NCBI GenBank assembly: GCA_963830915.1 | Contig: CAWHOE010000014.1 | Location: 1 to 46,625, forward strand | Origin: a candidate division FCPU426 bacterium | GTDB taxonomy: Bacteria; Oederibacteriota; Muellerivitia; Muellerivitales; Muellerivitaceae | DNA: 46,625 nucleotides | Reading direction: 5' to 3' | Shown here: positions 40,331 to 46,625 of the stretch, in pieces | Numbering within the stretch: the stretch's first letter is position 1 | Layout: each line of letters opens with the position of its first letter | The notes under the pieces: model-generated | What the model was told of the DNA's origin: nothing | What the model saw: the letters and a program-made list of their open reading frames with translations, nothing else | Databases searched by the model: none | Translations under genes and position numbers: made by a program

Positions 40331-41823
40331 AGATCCAGCAGTTCCTCGATCATCACGGCATTGCCGGCAATCCCTTCGCCGACGAGGACGCCCAGACGGA
40401 CCTGGTCTTCAAGGGCGCCTGCATCCGCAGCACGTTTCATCCCGCCTGGGACAAAATCTACGGCGAGCCCTCGGAGCCGGCCACGTCGGTGGTCTTTGGC
40501 GAGAAGGGATCGGGCAAGACGGCCTTGCGGCTGCAAATCGCCCGACATTTGACCGACTACAACGCCGATCACCCGGAGAAGCAGGTCTTCGTCGTCCCTT
40601 ACGACGATTTCAATCCCTTCCTCGATCGCTTTCGCGACCGCTTCTCCGGGCGGGGGCGGCGGGTCGAGCGGATGCTGACCCATTGGCGGCTGTGGGACCA
40701 CATCGACGCGATCCTTGCCCTGGCGACGACGCAATTGATCGATCGGGCGCTTGGAGTGCGCGGCAGGCGCGGCATACGGCGGCCCGCGATGAGCCGCTGC
40801 CGTTGGATTCGCTCGACCGTCCCCAAGCCCGGGATTTCCTCCTCTTGGCCGCCTGTTATGACCTCTCGACGGCGGAAAGCCGCAAGAGCGCTGGCGGAAG
40901 CTTCGCCGCAAGCTGCGGTTTTCCACCTGGCGGTCGAAATGGGGCATCGCCTTGGGAATCGTCGTCTACGTGGCGGTCGCCGCGGCTGTCGCTTGGCACG
41001 CATATTGGCGTTGGTTCGGCCTCCCGTGGCCTTGGCTGGCGATTGCCGCCGGCTGGGCGCCGTGGCTGTGGCGGCTTGCTGAAATGGCAATGGCGGGCGT
41101 GGCGGATCGCCGGAAACATCCGCGTCCTCGACCAGCGCCGCGAACCTGTTGCGGCGAACGCTGCTGAAATTCAGCGGCGACGACTCTCCGGCCAGCCGCT
41201 CCCCGCCTCGCCGCGGACCGACGACCGCTACGAACTGCTCGGCAAGCTCCAGGGCGTGCTCCTGCGCGCTGCGAATCGACGGGATTGTCGTCCTCGTGGA
41301 TCGCGTCGACGAGCCGTATTTGATCAACGGCTCGACCGAGTTGATGCAGGCTTTTGTCTGGCCGATGTTGGACAACAAGTTTCTCAGCCATCCGGGCATG
41401 GGGGTGAAGCTGCTGTTGCCGATCGAGTTGGAGCGGGGCCTCGACCGCCAGGACCACGACTTTCATCAGCGGGCGCGGCTGGACAAGCAGAACCTGATCC
41501 GTTCGCTGGAGTGGACCGGGCCAATCGCTTTACGACCTGGCCAACGCCCGGCTGAAGGCGTGTGCGGCCGAGAAGGCAGTCGCCCGCGATGGCGGAGTTA
41601 TTCGAGCCGGCGTCGATGACGCGGCGATTGAAGGACGCCTTCGCGACGTTGCGCGTGCCGCGGCATTTGTTCAAGTTCATGTATCGTCTTTTCACGGCCC
41701 ATTGTAACGCCCACGGCGACGAGCAGCCGGTGTGGGAGATATCCAGCGGCGACGTTCGAGTCGGTGTTGGCGTTGTATCAGCGGGACCAGGCGGCGTTCG
41801 AGAGAGGGGTTGGGGCGGGGTGA
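40327..41823 (+). CDS. Conserved planctomycete P-loop ATPase with an internal TM hairpin, frameshifted
   Basis: [22 protein letters not shown]alker [17 protein letters not shown]alker B-like; [14 protein letters not shown]. Confidence 0.75.
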
Positions 41824-41857
41824 GGGGGGCAGCCGCCGGCAAAAAGGCGGGTGAAAT

Positions 41858-42304
41858 ATGAAAGGGAACCGTCTGTCCGATATTCCGATAGATCGTTTAA
41901 CGGGTGCCGTTTTCGGTTGCGCTCTGCAGCGCGGTCATAACTGTACGCTACGGTGGAGGCTCGCGTATTTCTCTGTTTGCGCCGGCATCCGTCCGGAATG
42001 GCGAGACACTGTGTCTTTTTGCCAGGGTATTGCAATGGCGGTGGGTTTTGCGGGGCTGTCCCTAACGACGTTGTTTCACCACAATGGAAAGTCGTGGCCG
42101 TATGTCCTCGGCGAGGTGCTCGCGACCATGTGTTACCTTCCGTTTTTCTATTGGTTTTGGGCGGACTGTGCCAAAGGGTCCATACCTTGGCTAGAAGTCG
42201 TCGTAATGCTCGCCGTGGCCCTGATGCTGTTTGGCAATCGACTCCCGAGCCTTATGGGGCCGCTCGGGCGGGCGATCGGCAGGCTCATGCCAAAGCGCAA
42301 CTGA
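41858..42304 (+). CDS. Hypothetical membrane protein with a TatA-like C-terminal segment
   Basis: Three hydrophobic stretches; C-terminus WLEVVVMLAVALMLFGNRLPSLMGPLGRAIG. Confidence 0.5.
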   Translation: MKGNRLSDIPIDRLTGAVFGCALQRGHNCTLRWRLAYFSVCAGIRPEWRDTVSFCQGIAMAVGFAGLSLTTLFHHNGKSWPYVLGEVLATMCYLPFFYWFWADCAKGSIPWLEVVVMLAVALMLFGNRLPSLMGPLGRAIGRLMPKRN

Positions 42305-42563
42305 CCTTGATCGCCGGGCGCCACTGCCGGCTTGCCAATATTTTCCGTCGTTTCACGCCGACCATCCTGCCGCAGAATGGCACTGCCGGACAGGCGGGGC
42401 GGCGAGCGAAGGTTGGGCTTCGTGGGGAAATCGCATACCAGCCCCGAAGCACCATCGTGGGAAACGCCGCCCGACAGCGCCTCTCGCTGGCGCTTCGGGC
42501 TGGTATTGATGGACAGGCTGCATATTTCAGGGGCGTTTACGCCCCTTTTCCGCCGAAGGCGGT

Positions 42564-42741
42564 TGTAGGCCCGGCATTTATGCCGGGTTCGGCAGGCGCA
42601 ACGACGTATTTCATCCTATGCGGCTTGTCAGCCCGGCTTGCCGGGCTCCTGCGCGGCGGCGGGGAGGAACCGCGTGAACGCGGTTGACAGGACAGTGCGC
42701 GGCGGGGTTCCAAAAACCCGGCGTAAACGCCGGGCCTAAAC
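42564..42741. repeat. REP-like doublet (gtaggcccggcatttatgccggg ... cccggcgtaaacgccgggcct)
   Basis: GTAG-led hairpin with an inverted partner ~150 bp away. Confidence 0.65.
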
Positions 42742-42852
42742 CGCCTGCGGCGGAAAATGCCCGTGAACGGGCATCCAGGGCACACAACGCCGGACGCCGA
42801 CCGAACGTTGCCGCTGGCTCACGGTGCGCGGAAACGGAGCGTCCTCGCGTAC

Positions 42853-42894
42853 TTCCCCTCACCCTAACCCTCTCCCGGAGGGAGAGGGGACCGG
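42853..42894 (+). repeat. 42-bp REP-like repeat, left copy
   Basis: ttcccctcaccctaaccctctcccggagggagaggggaccgg; 41/42 identical to 43616-43657. Confidence 0.9.
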
Positions 42895-43362
42895 CGGTGC
42901 GGCTGCGCCGCACAACCAAATCCACGTCGCATTCCAACGCGCCGAGCAGGGCCAACATCTGGTCGATTGATTTCGTCGAATTCTCTGGTCCAAGAGGCGA
43001 TAGAGTTCTGCGCGGGAGACGTGCCCAGCCGGCGGATCAACTCCCGCTTGCTCAACGCGGTCTTCTCCGCCCGCTCCCGCGCGATCAGCGTCAACTTGTA
43101 GAGCAGCAGATTCCGCATGTAGCCGCGGGTCGCGGTTGTAATCGAGCACCTGCTCGACGTGCACCGTGTCTTCCTTCCCCGACGCTAAGACATAGGTGAA
43201 CGCTTCGTTGCCCAACTCCTCGTCGACGGCGACCGTCGCGATTGGGTCCTTGGGCGACGGCCGCAAGCGTAGTTTTGCGTAGGGAAAGCGATAGGTCTTG
43301 CCGGCTGCCGTCAGCTCGAAGCACTTCCTCCGATTGTCGGCTCGGACCGTCTTTATTTTCAC
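42859..43362 (-). CDS. Putative antitoxin (DUF2442-like N-terminus + HTH), frameshifted; 3' end uncertain
   Basis: VKIKTVRADNRRKCFEL..VDEELGNEAFTYVLASGKEDTVHVEQVLDYNRDP / MRNLLLYKLT..LSKRELIRRLGTS / QMLALLGALECDVDLVV; GTG overlaps the upstream TGA. Confidence 0.7.
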   Translation of the reverse strand: MKIKTVRADNRRKCFELTAAGKTYRFPYAKLRLRPSPKDPIATVAVDEELGNEAFTYVLASGKEDTVHVEQVLDYNRDPRLHAESAALQVDADRAGAGGEDRVEQAGVDPPAGHVSRAELYRLLDQRIRRNQSTRCWPCSARWNATWIWLCGAAAPPVPSPSGRGLG

Positions 43363-43553
43363 AATCGTCCCTCCTCGCGGAGTTCCGCAATCAAGCGGAG
43401 TATCGTCCGCGACGCTTCGCCTTCCATCGCCACGTTGTGGTCGGGGTCCCATTTGACGACCAGCCGTCCGTTGCGGTAAACGTGGACGTGCCTGGGGCCG
43501 TGGTCGCCGGCCCAAGCGAGGAAAACATAGCCGCCGCGGCGAATCTTCCCCAT
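43359..43553 (-). CDS. DUF4160-like small putative toxin
   Basis: MGKIRRGGYVFLAWAGDHGPRHVHVYRNGRLVVKWD (DHxPxHVHV motif); GGAAGG RBS. Confidence 0.8.
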   Translation of the reverse strand: MGKIRRGGYVFLAWAGDHGPRHVHVYRNGRLVVKWDPDHNVAMEGEASRTILRLIAELREEGRL

Positions 43554-43615
43554 AATGTTACCTTCCACGGTAACGGATGTCAAGATCGCGTGGAGATGGA
43601 ACGCCGGGTGCGCAT

Positions 43616-43657
43616 TTCCCCTCACCCTAGCCCTCTCCCGGAGGGAGAGGGGACCGG
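43616..43657 (+). repeat. 42-bp REP-like repeat, right copy
   Basis: Direct repeat of 42853-42894. Confidence 0.9.
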
Positions 43658-43664
43658 ACACGGC

Positions 43665-44904
43665 CTATCCGCCCTCCGCCGGACCGACGCTGATCGTCAT
43701 GTTCCGCTCCAGCGGATATTTTCGCAACACGGCCGCGGCGTCGTCGATGGTGATCGCGGCGATCTCGGCGAGGTCCTGCTCGACCGGGGCGATATTCGCG
43801 GCGATAGACCCAATCGCTGCCGACGGAGAACAGCCGGCCGCGCGGCCGCTCGCTGGAAAGGACCATCCGCGAACGGACCTTGCTCTTCGCCTGCTCCAAC
43901 TCGGCCGGCGGTGATCGCCGTCGGCCTGCGCGCGGCGGTAGACTTCGGCGATGCGTCGCAGGTTCTCGGCCGTCTCCTCGGGGGCGCAACTCATGTAGGT
44001 GATGAAGACGCCCGCCCCCTCGTATTCGTAATGGCTCATTTCGGCATGCTCGGCCAGGCCCGAATCGACCAGCTCCCAGTAGAGCCGGCTGCCCGAGTCG
44101 TCGCCCAGGACCATCGCCAGAAGTTTGGCGGCATAGCGGTCGGCGTCGTGCGGCGGCCGGGCCCGGGGCCAATTGCAGCACATATTGCTGCGTGGCCGAC
44201 GTCTTTGTGCAGCGCTGGAAGCCCGGATGCGGCGCGGCCGGCTCGACGCGTCGCGCGCGTCGTCGCCGGCTGCCAGTGCGCCGCAGCGCCCGCTGCGCGG
44301 CGGCGACCAGGCGCTCGAAATCGATGCGGCCGGCGGCCGCCAGGACGATGTTGCCCGGGCTGTAGCGGCGGTCGGAAATAGTCGCGCATCGCCTCGACCG
44401 GCAGAGCGCCGACGCTCTCGGCGGTGCCCAGCACGCTGCGGCCCAGCGGATGCGGGCCGAAATAGGCGCGCCCGGCACTTTTCGTCGGCCCCGAACGGCG
44501 GCTGGTCCTCGTACATCTGGATCTCTTCGAGGATCACCTTCTTCTCGGTGTCGAAATCGTCCTCGCGCAGCGAAGGCCGCAGGATGTCGGCCAGCAGCTC
44601 GACCGCCGCGGTCCTGGTACTCCGGCAGCACGGCCGCGTAGAAGACGGTGTTTTCCTCGTTGGTGAAGGCGTTGTAGTGGGCCCCCATCTCGTCGAACTC
44701 GCGGTTCACGTCGTCGGCCGAGCGGCTGGGCGTGCCCTTGAACACCATGTGTTCGAGGAAATGGCTCACGCCGGCCACTGCGTCGGTCTCGTCGCGGGCG
44801 CCGGTCTCGACGAAAAAGCCCAGGGCCGTCGAATGGGCCTCGGCGTTGCACTCGGCGACGATCTCCAGGCCGTTGGTCAAATACGTGGCTCAAGAAATCT
44901 CCAT
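43665..44904 (-). CDS. M16 (pitrilysin-family) zinc peptidase, catalytic subunit, frameshifted
   Basis: GVSHFLEHMVFKGT (HxxEH), YNAFTNEENT, ILEEIQMYEDQP, LGDDSGSRLYWELVD. Confidence 0.92.
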
Positions 44905-46144
44905 ACAGGCACCTCCAAGGCGGCTGCGAGCCGAGCGTGACGATGGTGAAATCGCGCGGCGGATGCTCGGCCAGATAGGCGTTGATGCTCGCGCAGGTCA
45001 GCCCGTCGATCAGGCCGCCCACCTCGTCCAACGTGCGGGCGCGGCCCAGGTGATACCAATCGCGGGCGATCGACGAACTGCGCGCGGAACTCGACTCCTG
45101 CTGCATGATCAGGGCGCTTTTGATCCGGGCCTTCAGCCGGTCCAGCTCCTCTCGGCTCGATGCCCTCGGCCAGCCGGACCAGTTCGCCCAGCGTCACGTC
45201 GAGCGTTTCCTGGGCCCGCTCGGCGCGTGGTGCCGGCATAGCAGAGCACGGCCGCCCCGATCGCGCAGCGTGTGATACGTGGCATAAACGCTGTAGCACA
45301 GGCCGCGCCTCTCGCGGACCTCGGTAAACAGCCGCGAGCTCATGCCGCCGCTCAGCACGCCCACCGCCCCCCAGGCCTGAAAATAGTCGGGATGCCGGTA
45401 GGGCACGCTGTCGTAGGCGATGCCGATTTGCGTCTGGTTCGATTCGTAGGCGATGTGCAGGTATTCGCCGCGCGGCCGGCTCTTCCACGATCGCCGCGGC
45501 TCGGCTCGCGGCTGCCAATCGCCCAGCAGCGGCCGACCAGGTCCTTCAGCGGCTCCCAATCGATCTGGCCGGCGACGCCGAGGATCGTGCCGTTGGGCGA
45601 TAACGCTGCCGGAAAAAAGCGCGGATCTCGTCCGACGCGGTCGCCTCCAGGCCTCCTGCTCGCCCTGCGCGGCCGGCCCCAGGGCTCGGGATAGTGCCGC
45701 GCGGCGCAGCTCGATCATCACCTTTTCCGCCGGCTCGTCCTCGACCGCCCGAAGCTCCTGAAGCACCACCTGGCGGCCGGCTCCAGCTGTCGGCCGGCAA
45801 GTGCGGCCGGCGGAGCAGGTCGGCATAGATCGCCAGCGCGGCGCGGCAGATTCTCGGCCAGCGTGGCCCCGCTGAAGCTGGCGTGGGCGTCGGAGACCGA
45901 CTTCGCTCCGCTCGACGCCCAGGTTGTCCAGGTCGAGAATGAATTGGCGGCTGTCGCGCTCTGCCCGCCCCGCGCAGCGATCATCTCGCAGGCGAAGCTG
46001 CCCAGCCCGCCGCGGCTCGGCGGATCGTAGACGCAGCCGGCCGGGACGCAGAAAAGTGAACGCGGCCGATTGCAGCGACGTCATCGGCTCGGCCACCAGC
46101 ACCAGGCCGTTGGGAAACGTGCGCGAAAGGATGGGCTCGGTCAC
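44877..46144 (-). CDS. M16 peptidase, non-catalytic partner subunit, frameshifted
   Basis: FPNGLVLVAEPM; LQELRAVEDEP; QTQIGIAY..VLSGGMSSRLFTEVRERRGLCYSVYA; MQQESSSAR; lacks HxxEH. Confidence 0.88.
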
Positions 46145-46159
46145 GGGGATAAGAGGGAA

Positions 46160-46320
46160 AAAGGAGTTGGAATTTAGGAGTTAGGAGTTAGAAGAAAGGG
46201 GCGGGGTGTCAGGAGTTAAGTGGTAGGTGAAAGGAATCGTGAGTTGGAAGAGGCAGACGGTTGGAATTGCTTCGACGGCGTGTAGTTGCCACCTTCTAAC
46301 TCCTACCTCCTAACTCCTTT
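46160..46320. repeat. Heptamer inverted repeat (ggagtta / taactcc)
   Basis: taggagttaggagttag ... ctaactcctacctcctaactcct. Confidence 0.75.
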
Positions 46321-46325
46321 CTCTT

Positions 46326-46625
46326 CTAGAGATAGGCGGCCTCGACCGCCTTGTAGACGGTCTTGACCGTCACGAAGCCGAAGCGGTGATAGAGCCGGAT
46401 GGCGCCGATGTTCTCGGCGGTCACCTCCAAATAGACCCGCTGCAGTCCGCGCTGAAATCCTTGCATCGCCCGACAGAGCAGGGCCATCCCCAGGCCGCAG
46501 TTGCGATGTTCCGGGGTGATTCCCAAGTTTCGAATGGCGCCGAGTCCGGCGTTGTCGCGAATGCCCTGGATCGTGCCGCAAGACACCGCCGGGCCGCCTC
46601 GGGGCGGGACGCACTGGATTACCCA
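46326..46625 (-). CDS. GNAT-family acetyltransferase, 5'-truncated
   Basis: GAIRNLGITPEHRNCGLGMALL..VYLEVTAENIGAIRLYHRFGF. Confidence 0.9.
   Translation of the reverse strand, partial: WVIQCVPPRGGPAVSCGTIQGIRDNAGLGAIRNLGITPEHRNCGLGMALLCRAMQGFQRGLQRVYLEVTAENIGAIRLYHRFGFVTVKTVYKAVEAAYL

Overview
The window looks like a chimera of three sources. (1) 1-~25712 is a largely error-free segment from a moderate-GC diderm bacterium. Its gene style (Thr/Pro-rich surface proteins, FlgD-Ig/T9SS-like C-terminal domains, PorV/UPF0164 barrel) resembles FCPU426/Goldbacteria/Elusimicrobiota-type lineages; this is an inference. It carries a large CBM3-like/Thr-stalk/NHL surface protein, an orphan ParB next to a membrane protein, an OMP, gndA, YfhO, DUF1259, a NitT/TauT-type ABC pair, DedA, TPR, PCD, a PorV-FN3 protein and a truncated multi-FN3 protein. 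(2) ~25713-25985 is a ~270 bp fragment of a CzcC/TolC-type gene. (3) ~25986-46625 is a high-GC, frameshift-riddled planctomycete-like segment with MocD/MocE-like genes, a sugar isomerase, topA, a PpiD-like protein, a nucleotidyltransferase, CAP, GYF, an ATPase, a DUF4160 TA pair, M16 peptidases and a GNAT. The most striking unexplained signals are two. First, a family of ~75-bp double-hairpin elements with a CA duplication that insert into other intergenic repeats: six copies, one with filled and empty sites both visible. Second, an orphan ParB gene with a perfect 43-bp in-gene palindrome that may be fused to a membrane/VirB8-like protein.
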